Of a stretch of 64,000 bases of DNA, positions 27,531-39,087 are shown piece after piece. The notes beneath the pieces were generated by a model. That model had not been told where the DNA came from, did not search any database, and worked only from the letters and a program-made list of their open reading frames with translations. A program made the position numbers and the translations under genes. Numbering within the stretch: position 1 is the stretch's first letter; each line of letters begins with the position of its first letter. Source of the stretch: Hormoscilla sp. GTDB lineage: Bacteria > Cyanobacteriota > Cyanobacteriia > Cyanobacteriales > Desertifilaceae. The DNA is taken from assembly GCA_051439505.1 (NCBI GenBank), contig JBFRWI010000226.1, forward strand, positions 1 through 64,000. The letters run 5' to 3'.

Positions 27531-28640
27531 ATGAGAATAGCTATTGTCAATGATATGCTGATGACAGTGGAAGTGTTGCGGCGGGTCTTGGCGACAGTGC
27601 CCGACTATGAACTAGCTTGGGTAGCACGTAATGGCGCATTTGCTGTAGCAAAATGTGCAGTAGACTGTCCGGATTTGATTTTAATGGACTTGCTGATGCC
27701 AGTGATGGATGGAGTCGAGGCGACACGCCAGATTATGAAATCAACTCCCTGCGCTATTCTCGTCGTTACTTCTAGCATTAAAGCTAATGTTTCCCAGGTA
27801 TTTGCCGCCATGGGTTTTGGGGCGCTGGATGTAGTTAAGGTGCCAATTTTGGGAACTGCTGGAAAACCTGAAGCTGCTAAGGAACTGCTGAAAAAAATAG
27901 CCACGATCGCCAAACTGATTGGCAAATCATCCCAGTCCCGTATCCCCAAACCATCACCCAGGACCACATCGGAAATCCCACATCGGCAAGCAATGGATCC
28001 TTTAATCGCGATCGGGGCTTCCGCTGGCGGTCCGATCGCCCTAGCGAAAATACTATCCAGGTTACCAAAGAATTTTTCCGGGGCAGTGGCGATCGTCCAG
28101 CATATAGATGCTCAGTTTGCCCCCGGTTTAGCAGAGTGGTTGGATCGACAGACGCCATTAACCGTTAAGTTAGCGAGATCCGGTAACCAGTTTCAAGGGA
28201 GGCAAGTCTTGGTTGCTGGAACCAACGACCACCTAATTTTGCGCTCCCATCTCGCCCTCTCTTATACTAAAGAGCCTCGGGATTATCCCTATCGCCCGTC
28301 AGTAGATGTATTTTTTCGCAGCATCGCTTCTTACTGGCCGGACAAGGGAGTAGGGGTACTGCTGACCGGCATGGGTAGAGATGGTGCCACTGGGTTGAGT
28401 CATCTGCGAGCTGCCGGTTGGCATACGATCGCCCAAGATCGACGTAGCTGCGCCGTCTATGGCATGCCCAAAGCCGCAGTAGAATTGGGTGCAGCGGTGG
28501 AGGTTTTGTCTTTAGAGGCGATCGCCAACCGGATCGTTTTCTTGACCGAGAAGAAGCGAAGCCAGGATCGCCACAAATCTCAACATTTCGATCCTTCTGT
28601 GAGCAAATTTCCTGGGGGTAATAGCTTTCGCTCGTCTTGA
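27531..28640 (+). CDS. cheB: CheB methylesterase, WspF type
   Basis: REC domain plus GASAGG, VQH and LTGMGRDGA. Confidence 0.9.
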   Translation: MRIAIVNDMLMTVEVLRRVLATVPDYELAWVARNGAFAVAKCAVDCPDLILMDLLMPVMDGVEATRQIMKSTPCAILVVTSSIKANVSQVFAAMGFGALDVVKVPILGTAGKPEAAKELLKKIATIAKLIGKSSQSRIPKPSPRTTSEIPHRQAMDPLIAIGASAGGPIALAKILSRLPKNFSGAVAIVQHIDAQFAPGLAEWLDRQTPLTVKLARSGNQFQGRQVLVAGTNDHLILRSHLALSYTKEPRDYPYRPSVDVFFRSIASYWPDKGVGVLLTGMGRDGATGLSHLRAAGWHTIAQDRRSCAVYGMPKAAVELGAAVEVLSLEAIANRIVFLTEKKRSQDRHKSQHFDPSVSKFPGGNSFRSS

Positions 28641-28871
28641 GGCAAGGGAGCATTTCCAGAGCCTATAGTAAGTATTTTTACTCTCTAACCGAATGCTAGC
28701 AGAATCAGACCTTAGGTAGAGACCCTCAGCTTAAATCTTTCCTAAGTTTTCACCGATTTTTCACAATCGCCCCTTAAACTGGGATTTAACTGGAGAGCCA
28801 TTATGTAATATAATTGACAGTAGCACATCAATGAGTTTGATAAACTGCCACAGGTCGTGAGGTAAAAAATA

Positions 28872-30263
28872 ATGGCTAACTTAACTTTAACAAATTTTCA
28901 TAAAATTAATCAATTGTCCGAATCCGATCCATCCTTAATGGAATATCCAGTGAAGGTTCTCCTGATCGACGATCAGGTCATAGTTGCTGAAGCTGTCCGC
29001 CGTCTGCTGGCCATCGAAGAAGATATCAAGTTTCACTACTGTGAGGATCCGGCAGCAGCCATTCCCATCGCAAACAAAATTCAACCCACCGTGATTCTAC
29101 TGGATTTAGTCATGCCGGAGATAGATGGGTTAATGCTGTTGCGGTTTTTGCGGGCTAATCCTGCCACCCGATCGATTCCGACCATCGTACTGTCAAGCAA
29201 AGAAGATCCCCAATTGAAAGCCCAGGCATTTGCCCAGGGGGCCAATGACTACCTAGTCAAACTCCCCGATAAGATCGAGCTAATTGCCCGGATCCGTTAC
29301 CATTCCGATGCTTATAAGAACTTCCTGAAACGGTATGAAGCGGATCTAGTAAAGCGGTACAACCAAGAATTAGAAAAGCAAGTGGAAGAAAGAACCGCCG
29401 AACTAAAGCAAACTCTCGAAAATCTCCAGCAAACCCAAGCGCAACTGGTACAAACAGAAAAAATGTCCAGTCTGGGTCAAATGGTAGCAGGTGTTGCCCA
29501 TGAAATCAACAATCCTGTCAACTTCATTTCTGGCAACCTCGACCCGGCGATCGACTACATGCAAGATTTATTAGAACTGGTCGGACTCTACCAAAAATAT
29601 TACCCCAACCCAGCTTCGGAGATTCAAGAGTTTAGCGAAGAGATTGAATTGGACTTCATGCGCGAAGATGTACTCCAACTGTTGTCCTCCATGAAAATAG
29701 GGACCGATCGCATTCGGGACATCGTGCTGCAATTGCGAAATTTCTCCCGTCTGGACGAGGCGGACATGAAACCGGTGAATATTCACGAAGGCATCGACAA
29801 CACCCTGTTAATTCTGCAACATAGACTCAAAGGGATTGAACTGAGTAAAGAGTATGGAGATTTGCCCCTAGTGTCCTGCTATGCAGGACAACTGAATCAA
29901 GTGTTTATGAATATTATAGCTAACGCCATTGATGTCTTAGAAAGCGATGACAGTAACAGCCAACCTGGTCAAATAAAGATTCGCACTGAAGTAGTCAAAC
30001 CGAACTACGTGACCATCAGGATATCAGATAACGGACCGGGAATACCGTTAGAAGTACGCCAACGGATATTTGACCCATTTTTCACTACCAAACCAGTAGG
30101 AAAAGGCACGGGCTTGGGATTATCCATTAGCTATCAGATTATAGTAGATAAGCATAAAGGTTTCCTGGGCTGCTCCTCAAGCCCAGAAACGGGAACCGAA
30201 TTCATAATTGAAATCCCGGTGCAGCAAAAGAAGGCTTCACTTCTACGCAAAAAAACTTCCTAG
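28872..30263 (+). CDS. REC-histidine kinase hybrid, output of the Wsp-like system
   Basis: WspR-like REC (LIDDQ..VAEAVRR...[11 protein letters not shown]) fused to AHEINNP/NQVFMN/GTGLGL kinase. Confidence 0.88.
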   Translation: MANLTLTNFHKINQLSESDPSLMEYPVKVLLIDDQVIVAEAVRRLLAIEEDIKFHYCEDPAAAIPIANKIQPTVILLDLVMPEIDGLMLLRFLRANPATRSIPTIVLSSKEDPQLKAQAFAQGANDYLVKLPDKIELIARIRYHSDAYKNFLKRYEADLVKRYNQELEKQVEERTAELKQTLENLQQTQAQLVQTEKMSSLGQMVAGVAHEINNPVNFISGNLDPAIDYMQDLLELVGLYQKYYPNPASEIQEFSEEIELDFMREDVLQLLSSMKIGTDRIRDIVLQLRNFSRLDEADMKPVNIHEGIDNTLLILQHRLKGIELSKEYGDLPLVSCYAGQLNQVFMNIIANAIDVLESDDSNSQPGQIKIRTEVVKPNYVTIRISDNGPGIPLEVRQRIFDPFFTTKPVGKGTGLGLSISYQIIVDKHKGFLGCSSSPETGTEFIIEIPVQQKKASLLRKKTS

Positions 30264-30292
30264 TAGGGTGGGCATCGCCCACTAACCATTTC

Positions 30293-30874
30293 TTAATGTT
30301 CGATGCGGGTGCCTAAAACCTTCAGGAACTCAGCTAACCAGCGAGGATGGGCAGGCCACACCGGTGCTGTCACGAGATTGCCATCCGCGATCGCCTCATG
30401 AACTGGAACTTGGACGTAGGTACCGCCTGCAAGAGTCACCTCGGGACTGCAAGCGGGATAGGCGGTGCAGCGCTTACCTTTGAGTACATCCGCAGCGGCC
30501 AATAACTGCAAACCATGACAGATAGCAGCAATAGGTTTATTCGCCGAGGCAAAGTGGCGGACGATCGCCAATACTTTTTCATGCAAACGAATATATTCTG
30601 GCGCCCGTCCTCCAGGAACCACCAAAGCATCATAACTTTCAGGAGAAACTTCATCGAAGCTAGCATTTAGGATAAAATTATGTCCCGGTTTTTCGCTATA
30701 GGTTTGGTCACCCTCAAAGTCGTGAACTGCTGTTCTCACTGTATCTCCCGCCTTCTTATCGGGACAGATAGCATGAACTGTATGTCCCACCATCTGCAAT
30801 GCTTGAAAGGGCACCATCACTTCATAGTCTTCCACAAAGTCGCCCACAAGCATTAAAATCTTCTTTCCCGTCAT
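30293..30874 (-). CDS. DJ-1/PfpI family protein
   Basis: Motifs EDYE, PGGRAPE and AICHG. Confidence 0.9.
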   Translation of the reverse strand: MTGKKILMLVGDFVEDYEVMVPFQALQMVGHTVHAICPDKKAGDTVRTAVHDFEGDQTYSEKPGHNFILNASFDEVSPESYDALVVPGGRAPEYIRLHEKVLAIVRHFASANKPIAAICHGLQLLAAADVLKGKRCTAYPACSPEVTLAGGTYVQVPVHEAIADGNLVTAPVWPAHPRWLAEFLKVLGTRIEH

Positions 30875-30912
30875 ATTTTTCTCCTTTTAGTAGGATACCG
30901 GCGCTGGCATCA

Positions 30913-31371
30913 TTATACTAGATTAAATTCCTGGAGGGCTGGTAAAAAGTTTTTATTTTCGTGACTGGGGCGACTGAGTTTAATTAAAGCAAATCGCTGC
31001 ACCGGTGTTAGAGCCTGCCATTGTTCCAAAGTAATAGATAAGTCAAATTCTCGTGCTTTTGCTTGTAAGCTAGTAGGGATAGCTGTTGCATCCATCCATG
31101 CTGGATGGGGGTCAATTGGCAGTATCGAAGCAGGCTTTCCCGTGCGATCGGTTACCAACTGCTGTAGAAATTCCCCATATGCTCGAACTTCTGCAGGGGT
31201 ATGGCAAGGCAATTCCACCAGAGTTTGACGTTCTTCTGCGCTCAATTGGTGCCAGTGAGATAGTTTGAGTTTCACACCGCAAGTATCAAGCTTGAGGCGC
31301 AGCTGCATGGGAATGCACCGTAGAGAGTCTACAAAATCTGCTTCAAATTGGAAGAAAACATTTTCAATCAT
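30913..31371 (-). CDS. narM: Nitrate reductase-associated protein
   Basis: FFQFEADFVDSLRCIPM..RLKLD.CG.KLKL and KLSRPSHENKNF. Confidence 0.8.
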   Translation of the reverse strand: MIENVFFQFEADFVDSLRCIPMQLRLKLDTCGVKLKLSHWHQLSAEERQTLVELPCHTPAEVRAYGEFLQQLVTDRTGKPASILPIDPHPAWMDATAIPTSLQAKAREFDLSITLEQWQALTPVQRFALIKLSRPSHENKNFLPALQEFNLV

Positions 31372-31422
31372 TATCTGCCCAAAGCCTCAATCTCGGAACC
31401 GACCACAGCTGACTTGATATAC

Positions 31423-31453
31423 AGAGAGTGGGCCGCAACGCGACCCACTCTCT
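31423..31453 (-). terminator. Hairpin downstream of rpsU
   Basis: AGAGAGTGGG...CCCACTCTCT inverted repeat. Confidence 0.55.
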
Positions 31454-31495
31454 GGCTATATTAGCAGCAAGCTCAGCTGCCTGCAAGCCAATTGC

Positions 31496-31675
31496 TTAAT
31501 TAAAACGCCGCTTGCGCCTTCTGGCGATCTCCTTGCGCTTGCGTTTCTCGATCGGAGTCTCAAAGTGGCGCACTCGCTTGATATCTGAGAAAATTCCTTC
31601 CTTCGACACCTGACGCTTAAACCTGCGCAGGGCCGAATCTATACCTTCATTCTCGCCAACAATCACTTGGGTCAT
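31496..31675 (-). CDS. rpsU: 30S ribosomal protein S21 (not in the ORF track)
   Basis: [59 protein letters not shown]. Confidence 0.95.
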   Translation of the reverse strand: MTQVIVGENEGIDSALRRFKRQVSKEGIFSDIKRVRHFETPIEKRKRKEIARRRKRRFN

Positions 31676-31741
31676 AAATTCTCCTAATGCACTTGGGTGG
31701 ATATCTCAAAACTTTTGCCAAGGCCGGGGGCTTCAGCTGGT

Positions 31742-32080
31742 TTAATAGCGATCGCCAGAAAATCCATCCCGAGAGAAAGATCCTCCGTCTCTGCCGCGAC
31801 CGCCACCTCTGCGACCACCTCCACCTGGACCCCTTTGTTCGCGAGGTTTAGCCTTGTTCACCTTTATTTCCCGATCCATCCACTCAGCGCCATCTAGAGC
31901 TTCTATGGCAGCTGCTTCTTCTTCCTCTGTTGACATTTCGACAAACCCGAAACCCCGCTTACGACCCGTCTCGCGGTCTACTGGTAGCTGCACCCGCTTC
32001 ACCGTTCCATATTCTGCGAAAACATTACTCACATCATCTTCCGTGGCTTGATAGGACAGGTTGCCTATATAAATTGACAT
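31742..32080 (-). CDS. RRM RNA-binding protein with Gly-rich tail
   Basis: RNP2 IYIGNL, RNP1 RGFGFVEM and a Gly/Arg tail. Confidence 0.95.
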   Translation of the reverse strand: MSIYIGNLSYQATEDDVSNVFAEYGTVKRVQLPVDRETGRKRGFGFVEMSTEEEEAAAIEALDGAEWMDREIKVNKAKPREQRGPGGGGRRGGGRGRDGGSFSRDGFSGDRY

Positions 32081-32117
32081 GGATTACCTCCAGAATCATT
32101 GATTGTCGAGATTGAGA

Positions 32118-32125
32118 TTCGGAGA
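32118..32125 (-). promoter_or_regulatory. TCTCCGAA box in the rbp 5' leader
   Basis: Minus strand TCTCCGAA about 40 nt upstream of the ATG, as recalled for cold-regulated cyanobacterial rbp genes. Confidence 0.55.
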
Positions 32126-32335
32126 TATGCCTGTATCAGAACGAAAACAAACCACTCAGCCGATCTTCTCCCTTCATTTCTAGCCTAGCACATAAATTTG
32201 GTAATGTCTAAAATTTTTTTTGCGGCTAGCAGCTATTCTGGGGTTGTGGTATAATCTCGCTCCTCCACATTACACCGGCGCACTTCCACCCGTCTCTAAT
32301 CCTCTATCTGTAGCTTTTATTTATAGATTCACTGA

Positions 32336-32800
32336 TTATTTCTTATTGGTACTGCGGACGATCAAGTAGCTAATAGCAAGAGTAAAAACTGCTACACCCA
32401 ACCCGATCAGGTCACTGGCTGACTTTTTTTCCAGGTCGATAATAATGATTTTCCGAGCTACCGCAATTAGGGAAGTGATAATCACTAACTCTGCTTGCAC
32501 CACATGTTTGCGCAGATAGGCCGTGATGTTTTCTAAGATTTCTAGGGCAATCAGGACGTTGAGAAACAGCCCGAATACTTCAAATAAGGTGGTTTTATAG
32601 AATCTTAAGGGATCGAGAAATATCTGTCTAAATAAAAAGATCGCCAGGTCGCAAACCGTGACAAATATGACCACCACCATCAACAGGGACAGTACCTTAG
32701 ATACGAGCACCTCTAGGTTCTCGATCAAGCCCATAAACTTCTCGGACTCCTTGACTATGCTGATAAGTTCTTGGGCTTGTTTCGGTAACCGCCGCATCAC
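32336..32800 (-). CDS. PsiE-family membrane protein, often found downstream of narB
   Basis: Four TM segments, with LIALEILENITAYL and LIAVARKII. Confidence 0.8.
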   Translation of the reverse strand: MMRRLPKQAQELISIVKESEKFMGLIENLEVLVSKVLSLLMVVVIFVTVCDLAIFLFRQIFLDPLRFYKTTLFEVFGLFLNVLIALEILENITAYLRKHVVQAELVIITSLIAVARKIIIIDLEKKSASDLIGLGVAVFTLAISYLIVRSTNKK

Positions 32801-32862
32801 TTTTCGTCCTTTTGCATTTGTGCTTTGCTACGGGCCCAGAGCCAAAGACAAATGGGCGATCG

Positions 32863-33990
32863 CTAATTAGCGATGAGAGATGGTGCCGCCAAATTGTCTG
32901 TTGCTGTCATGTCACTGACTACCCTTGTCAATTGTACAGCACAGGCTTTTAATTCGGGTTGTCCTGATTCGGGGCAAGCGATGGGATGAGTCAGGGCGTT
33001 CCGACTGTTGGGCCCAAAGTGTACCCCAGTGCATCGGCACGAACACCGTACCGGTGGAAATTGCCTTTGTGATTATAGCAGGAAAACGGGCAAATCCCCG
33101 ACGCGATCGCACTTCCACCCAGTCTCCTTCCAAGATTGACAGTTTGCTAGCATCCTGGGGATGCATCTCGATAAATGGTTCCGGGTGCATCTTGAGGGTT
33201 TTTTCAATGCGACCGGTGCGGGTCATGGTATGCCAGTGACCGTCAACTCGCCCAGCTGTCAGGTTGTAGCCCGATCCCCCCCAAACCCCCCCTTCGGAAG
33301 GGGGTTTGGGGGGATCGGCGCGACATCGAGGCCCATGCACGATCAACGGGTTTTGACCACACCCCGATCGGGAGCGAAAGTAAGAGCCATTGCATCGGGC
33401 CATGCTGGCGCAGTTGCTCGTGATTGAGACCGGTCATGTCGCAAGGGCGATCGCGGGTCAGTCTGCTTTTGCTTCTCCCACCGGTTCCCGGAAGGCGGAA
33501 CATCAGGTCACCACTCGTTCTGAATTGGTCATTGTACCGGTTTTTTCCCCCCATTGGGCCGCCGGTAACAGCACGTGGGCATAGGCAGCGGTTTCCGTCG
33601 GGTAGTAGGTATCCTGATATATGGTAAAGGGCGATCGCAGCAAGGCCGCTTTGGTCCGAGGCAGATCCGGCATACACTCACTGCGGGGTTAGTAGCAGCG
33701 ATCCACAGGCAACCGACTGCCCCCCGTTCTAGACCGGTAATCATTTCCCAGGCATTTAGACCGGGATGGGGCGAGATTTGCCCTGGTGGAAGTCCCCAGA
33801 ACTGTTCTACTTCTGCCCGATGTTGGCCATTGGTCACCATTCGATAACCAGGCAGGATGTGAGCGAGTCCTCCTGCTTCTCGTCCCCCCATGGCATTGGG
33901 CTGACCGGTGAGGGAGAATGGTCCCGCCCCCGGTTTGCCAATGTTCCCGGTCATCAGATGCAGGTTAATGAGGGTGCGGACTTTTTGGCA
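32863..33990 (-). pseudogene. narB: Assimilatory nitrate reductase pseudogene (C-terminal half, frameshifts and deletions)
   Basis: Pieces [46 protein letters not shown] and QPELKACAV are broken across frames. The N-terminal half is absent. Confidence 0.9.
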
Positions 33991-34107
33991 ATTTGTAACC
34001 ATTGACTGCTATCATCCCAAAGGCATTGCACTTGGGACGGGATGATGAACCTATTTGCAAAAGGCAAGAAACCTCGACTATAAGCCACTTTCAGTTATGT
34101 GCAAAAA

Positions 34108-35028
34108 ATGGCATCATCCCAAAAATGTGCAACGCCAATGATCGAACTGAATTTCGACAACAACATTGATTTGAATACTATGCTAACAGCAGATTGGCAC
34201 GACAAAAGCTTTGACCGCTTTACCCTGGTAAGCGCGGCGATCGCACCTTTGCGGTCCCAGTTGCTCAACCATGAAGTATATGGGATGTTAACGAATGTAC
34301 AAGCCCTCCGCATCTTCATGGATCACCACTGCTTCGCTGTCTGGGATTTCATGGCTCTAGTCAAGTGCTTGCAGCACCAATTGACTTGCCTGAAGATTTT
34401 CTGGACCCCACCCAGTAATATGAAAGCAGCACGCATGATCAATGAGATTGTCGTTGCCGAAGAGACAGATATGCGTCCTGACTCTATGGGCTACGCCAGT
34501 CACTTTGAGCTGTATATAGATGCCATGGCTGAGATCGGTGCGGATACAGATACGGTGCGGCGCTTCGTTGATTTTGTGACAGAAGGGATGTCCTGTCAGG
34601 ATGCTATGGGGCGGGCAAATGCGCCAGCATCTGTGGTTCCGTTTGTGACTCAGACACTGGAAATCTGCTTTGGACATCCTGCTCATGAAGTGGCAGCATT
34701 CTTTCTCTTCGGTCGCGAGAACCTCATCCCTGATATGTTCCGCCAGATTGTTACAAATGTGGCCGCAGCAGAGGGGCTACAGATCGATGGTTTCCAATAT
34801 TATCTCGATCGCCACATTGGCATAGATGAAGAGGAACACGGTCCCGCTGCTGTAGAGATGATGCGTTCTCTGTGCAGAGAAGACGATACCAGGTGGCGAA
34901 TAGTGCAACGTGCTGCCCAAGAAGCCCTGACAGCACGACTGAATTTGTGGGATGGCATTGCCCAAGCTATCCGCAGTGACCGCTCCAGCAACTCACCAAG
35001 TCAGGACTTACTCAAATTGACAGTATAG
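34108..35028 (+). CDS. DUF3050-family heme-oxygenase-like protein
   Basis: Motifs [33 protein letters not shown] and [14 protein letters not shown]. Confidence 0.8.
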   Translation: MASSQKCATPMIELNFDNNIDLNTMLTADWHDKSFDRFTLVSAAIAPLRSQLLNHEVYGMLTNVQALRIFMDHHCFAVWDFMALVKCLQHQLTCLKIFWTPPSNMKAARMINEIVVAEETDMRPDSMGYASHFELYIDAMAEIGADTDTVRRFVDFVTEGMSCQDAMGRANAPASVVPFVTQTLEICFGHPAHEVAAFFLFGRENLIPDMFRQIVTNVAAAEGLQIDGFQYYLDRHIGIDEEEHGPAAVEMMRSLCREDDTRWRIVQRAAQEALTARLNLWDGIAQAIRSDRSSNSPSQDLLKLTV

Positions 35029-35144
35029 ACAGTGTGGCTTTACTAGGCTGGGCGGGGGGTAAAACTTCTAGGCCACAGCCTACGCCGCAGTAAGGACAGA
35101 GAGTTTTGATTGGAGCAGTCATATTGTTCTAATAGATATATTGC

Positions 35145-36533
35145 TTATGCTGAATTTAGCGATGTTGTTTCTTTGTATTGATGCAATTCGGCGATGGTAA
35201 GCAGGCGCGAACGCTGGGTTTTCAGCATGTAGATATTGCTAGTTAAAAAGAAACTCACAAAGCTGGCGATCGCCAAAACGGGAATCATGCTCGTATCGGA
35301 TAAAACGCTGAGAATCACGCTGGTGCTAATGGGGGTTTTCGTCACCGCCACATTCACCGCCGCCATGGTGCAAAGCATTGCCAGGGTTGCATGCATTGGC
35401 GGACAAGCTAAACTAATTGCCAAGCCTATATTTGCTCCCAGGAAGAATAAGGGAAAAATAAATCCGCCTCTAAAACCGCAGTGGAGAGTAAAGCTGATGG
35501 CTAACATTTTGGCTAAGGCGATCGCCAGCAACATGGTGATGCTCAATGCTGGACCTGTTTCTATTACCGTTTCTATTTGCTTTTCGCTGAAAAACAGGGT
35601 TTGGGGAAAGGCTAAGGCTATTAACCCGATGGACAGTCCTCCCAAGGTAGCCAGTAAAATTGTGTGATGTTCCAGGGGGGCAAGCACTTTTCCCATATAG
35701 CGGAACAGCAAGATAAAAATCGTCGCGGCCAAAGCCCCTATTGCACCCAGAACTGCCCCCTCTACTAGATTTATGGGAGTTAGGGTCGGCTGAGGCTCGA
35801 AATGGTAAATGCCTCCAATAGTCAGTCCCGTATTCACCTTAAATACTGCAAAGCTGAAGATTCCCGAAATTATCGCTGGCACCAGGGCTTCGTAGTATTC
35901 TAATCCCCGACGATGGGGTATTTCTAGGGCAAACAGCGGTCCCCCGATCGGGCTACCAAAGAAAGCCGCCAAAGCTGCACTCATACCGCAAAAGGTTAAC
36001 ACCCGCACGGAATTACTATCTAACTTCAACTTATCTGCCAGCCAACTGCCAAAGCTGCCATTTATCTGTACTAGCGGGGCTTCTGGTCCGGCACTTCCCC
36101 CGGCGGTAATTGATACTAGAGAAGCTATAATCATGGCCGGGGTTTGCTTCATTTCTATCCTGCCTGGATCGTGAACTTTGTCCACTACTAGGGACATTTC
36201 TCCGGGCAGACCCATATAATAGAGGGCTAACCCGACACCAAATCCGCCGATGGTAGTTGCGATCCACAGATAATTCCAGGATGGTAGCCAGTTGGGAAAA
36301 TAGGGTTCCAGAAACTCCGGAATTATCTCCCATACTGCATCCATGCACCCTTCTAGCACAAAGTAGTACAGACTGGCAACTATTCCCCCTATTGTCCCGA
36401 TCGCTGCTGCACAGACGATCATCTGAAAATAGCTCAGAGTCCGAAATTCATTCCCGTTCTCTTTTTCGGCTGATGCTTTTTCCTCAGATATTTCTGTTGC
36501 TTCTGTCCCTATCTCTTTGGTTTTCATATTCAC
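35145..36533 (-). CDS. CLC-family anion channel/transporter
   Basis: Multi-TM protein with GGSAGPEAP, FGSPIGG and GFRGGFIFP. Confidence 0.85.
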   Translation of the reverse strand: MNMKTKEIGTEATEISEEKASAEKENGNEFRTLSYFQMIVCAAAIGTIGGIVASLYYFVLEGCMDAVWEIIPEFLEPYFPNWLPSWNYLWIATTIGGFGVGLALYYMGLPGEMSLVVDKVHDPGRIEMKQTPAMIIASLVSITAGGSAGPEAPLVQINGSFGSWLADKLKLDSNSVRVLTFCGMSAALAAFFGSPIGGPLFALEIPHRRGLEYYEALVPAIISGIFSFAVFKVNTGLTIGGIYHFEPQPTLTPINLVEGAVLGAIGALAATIFILLFRYMGKVLAPLEHHTILLATLGGLSIGLIALAFPQTLFFSEKQIETVIETGPALSITMLLAIALAKMLAISFTLHCGFRGGFIFPLFFLGANIGLAISLACPPMHATLAMLCTMAAVNVAVTKTPISTSVILSVLSDTSMIPVLAIASFVSFFLTSNIYMLKTQRSRLLTIAELHQYKETTSLNSA

Positions 36534-36619
36534 TCGCTGACTTTCCTTCTTTTCTCGTCAATCGGTTATGCAAGCCAAACATCTTATTATAACATTTACG
36601 CAGGGTGCCGAGGATATCA

Positions 36620-37083
36620 TTCTTATAGGCGGGTACGTAGGCGATGTCGTTGATTTCCGCGTGGACGGAATTGTCCCGACCTCCCGCGATCGCAATATTA
36701 AATTTCCGGGGCAAGTTAGTAAAAGCGGAGTTCCCTTTACCGTTATTGGTGATCGTGTCCTGAACTTTTTGAACCAGTTCCCGGGTGTCGAGCAATTCAT
36801 GGGCATCTATTCCTGCTACGGGGGAACCTGTGATGTTGCGGACATTGTCCATCCCCGACTGCACTGATGTCAAGCCGACTTTGTCAAATTTGGCAAAGAT
36901 CTCGGGAATATCTTCTATCCTAATGCCCCGCAGTTGGATGTTTTGCCTGGTGGTAATGTCTCCATTGCCATCTTCGCCGTAGCGCTGGACTATTTCTGCT
37001 AGAGTCCGCATTTGCATGCTGTTGAGAATGCCATTGGGCGTCCGCATCCGCAGCATGAATTTTCCCGGCGTTACGGGACGAAA
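36620..37083 (-). pseudogene. nirA: Ferredoxin-nitrite reductase internal fragment
   Basis: FRPVTPGKFMLRMRTPNG, DITTRQNIQLR, SGMDNVRN and NLPRKFNIA. Both ends and the siroheme/4Fe-4S Cys region are missing. Confidence 0.9.
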
Positions 37084-37349
37084 ATTGTCGATTTGATTTT
37101 AATCCACAGATCTTTTAATTTGTCAAGTATTATTAATGGACCGACGCTCTAGGAAGTAAAAATAGGGTATTTCGTATCTTTCGTAACAAAAAATAAAATT
37201 ATATGAAGTTTTAGCATGTAATGAATGCGGTTTGTGCATGGAGGGCGATCGCATGTGTCCCCCGATCGCTGGATATCTCCTCTAGCCTGCGCAGGCAGGT
37301 ATGGAATGTGTAGCGGCAGGATTTATTCTGCCGCTATTAATTCATTAAT

Positions 37350-38483
37350 TCACGTTTGTACTGAAAATTCTTCTGGATCGATTTCCCAATTCACCCATTT
37401 AATCGCCTCTCGCGCAGATCTGAGATTAGGCGGTACTCGCAAACAGTGAATGTGACCGGTACTATGACAAGTCATTTTTAAGAGATTAATCGGCTCTCTG
37501 TTGAAAGTTCCGTCAATCCTTTTATCCAATTGAAGCAAACTGTATTCGCCCCATCTATCTAATTCAAAGGCTGCTAATTCCAAGCAGATGCGACTGTAAC
37601 CTATTCCTTGAATTAGCACTCGCTTTAGTTCGACATTTTCTTCTGTTAAAAGCCATTTAGATTGCCATTGATTCGGGTGCAATCTTCCGTATTTCTCAGG
37701 TAAGGTAACTCCGTGATGATAGTAGATGCCGTATCCGTCAGCAAATTGAATGGCGGGAGTTCCTTCCGCGTGAAGCCTGTTTTGACTGTCTAAGCTGATT
37801 TTCACCGGACGCCCGCAGACGATCGCGTGATTTTCAAAAGTAAAAATCCAGCCACATTCTTCAATTAGCGCTCTAACAATTTCCCATTGGTCAATTTCCC
37901 ATTTTTCGTCGTATAAACCCAATACAGAAATGCAAAAATCAACTGCACCCGACCATAACTGCCAGTCACCACTAATCTCGTTACCAACATAATTTAGAGG
38001 CTCAAGCCGTTTCCTTGCTTTTCTATACCCGCGCAGGTTGTCTTTTTTATTAAGTTCAAGTTTTATTAAATCTCTTGCGTATTCCCTACGGTACATTTCT
38101 TTATGCATGAACTCCAATTTCGATCGAATAATTTGTTGATATCTGCTCAAATTATTAAGATCCAAAGTATTCGAGTAAATCATCTTTCTTACTCTATAAC
38201 TTTCCGAATTATGAAAATTATATAGTTTATTTAATCTTAATTCATTGCCTGACAAATCTGGTTTTACTTGCAGTTCAAACAGATAGCGCAAAGCTGCAAA
38301 AGGACTGCTACAGTAAATAATTACTGGTTTTTCTTTGTTAAGGGAAGCATAAGCAGCTTCGATCGCGCGGGCAGCTTTTTTACAGTCAATGGGGTCGGTG
38401 GAAAGCACGATCGATTTCCACTTTTCCCGATAAACGGGAATTAATGCTTCTTGTTCGGGAGTAAGAGTAACTTTTGCAAGCAT
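37350..38483 (-). CDS. DUF6745-like hypothetical protein
   Basis: LTPEQEALIPVYREKW...RLHAEG.PAIQFADG...N.EL.RVLIQGIGY...LRVPP pattern. Confidence 0.7.
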   Translation of the reverse strand: MLAKVTLTPEQEALIPVYREKWKSIVLSTDPIDCKKAARAIEAAYASLNKEKPVIIYCSSPFAALRYLFELQVKPDLSGNELRLNKLYNFHNSESYRVRKMIYSNTLDLNNLSRYQQIIRSKLEFMHKEMYRREYARDLIKLELNKKDNLRGYRKARKRLEPLNYVGNEISGDWQLWSGAVDFCISVLGLYDEKWEIDQWEIVRALIEECGWIFTFENHAIVCGRPVKISLDSQNRLHAEGTPAIQFADGYGIYYHHGVTLPEKYGRLHPNQWQSKWLLTEENVELKRVLIQGIGYSRICLELAAFELDRWGEYSLLQLDKRIDGTFNREPINLLKMTCHSTGHIHCLRVPPNLRSAREAIKWVNWEIDPEEFSVQT

Positions 38484-38742
38484 ATTGCTATCGGAGTAAT
38501 CGTACTGACTGCCAGACTATCTTTTTCAGCCCGAGAGCGAATAGCTGACCATTCAAAGTATAGCCCATGTTAGGCGGCACTCGCAAACAGTAAATTTGAC
38601 GAATACTAAACTGTCGGTCCCCAAAACTTTACACCTTCATCAATCTGTGTATATACTGTCAAGGGCATTACTGTGCTTGCAGGCGATCGGGGGTAGAATA
38701 AGCTATCTACCGGGAATTGCTGACCCGGGAAATGAAATTGAT

Positions 38743-39055
38743 GCGATCGCGCCTACCTCAGGGACCAGAAACCGGGTTTCTTTTTTGAACTTTGGGTAAA
38801 GATCGGAGGATATCTCAGAAACCCGATTTCTTGCAGTAAGGGGGCGATCGCACGGCATTTGCATCTCCATGGGGCCGGGGCACGGCGATACAAACATTCT
38901 CATCTTTACCGATCATTTGCGGATGCCGTGCCCCTACATTATGTTGGCGATCGCGCCTACCCCAGGGACCAGAAACCGGGTTTCTTTTTTGAACTTTGGG
39001 TAAAGATCGGAGGATATCTCAGAAACCCGGTTTCTTGCAGTAAGGGGGCGATCGC
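38743..39055. repeat. 109-bp direct repeat bounded by HIP1 sites
   Basis: 38743-38851 and 38947-39055 differ at about 2 positions. Each copy starts and ends with GCGATCGC. Confidence 0.9.
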
Positions 39056-39087
39056 ATCCATCACCAAAAACGGGCGATCGCCTGTAG

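Noticed and set aside
35145..36533. Fluoride-specific CLC-F exporter
   Set aside because: It lacks the GREGT/GEVTP signatures and has GPEAP/GFIFP instead.
36484..36620. nirA ORF tail as a real C-terminus or fusion
   Set aside because: NirA similarity stops at about YVPAYKN. The remainder is read-through into the CLC upstream region.
37174..37187. NtcA box upstream of the nirA fragment (GTATCTTTCGTAAC)
   Set aside because: It mismatches GTA-N8-TAC and no clear -10 lies at the expected spacing. The nirA 5' end is also deleted.
38570..38595. 26-bp match to the 3' region of the DUF6745-like gene (about 37426-37451)
   Set aside because: Probably a paralog scrap, too short to call as a feature.
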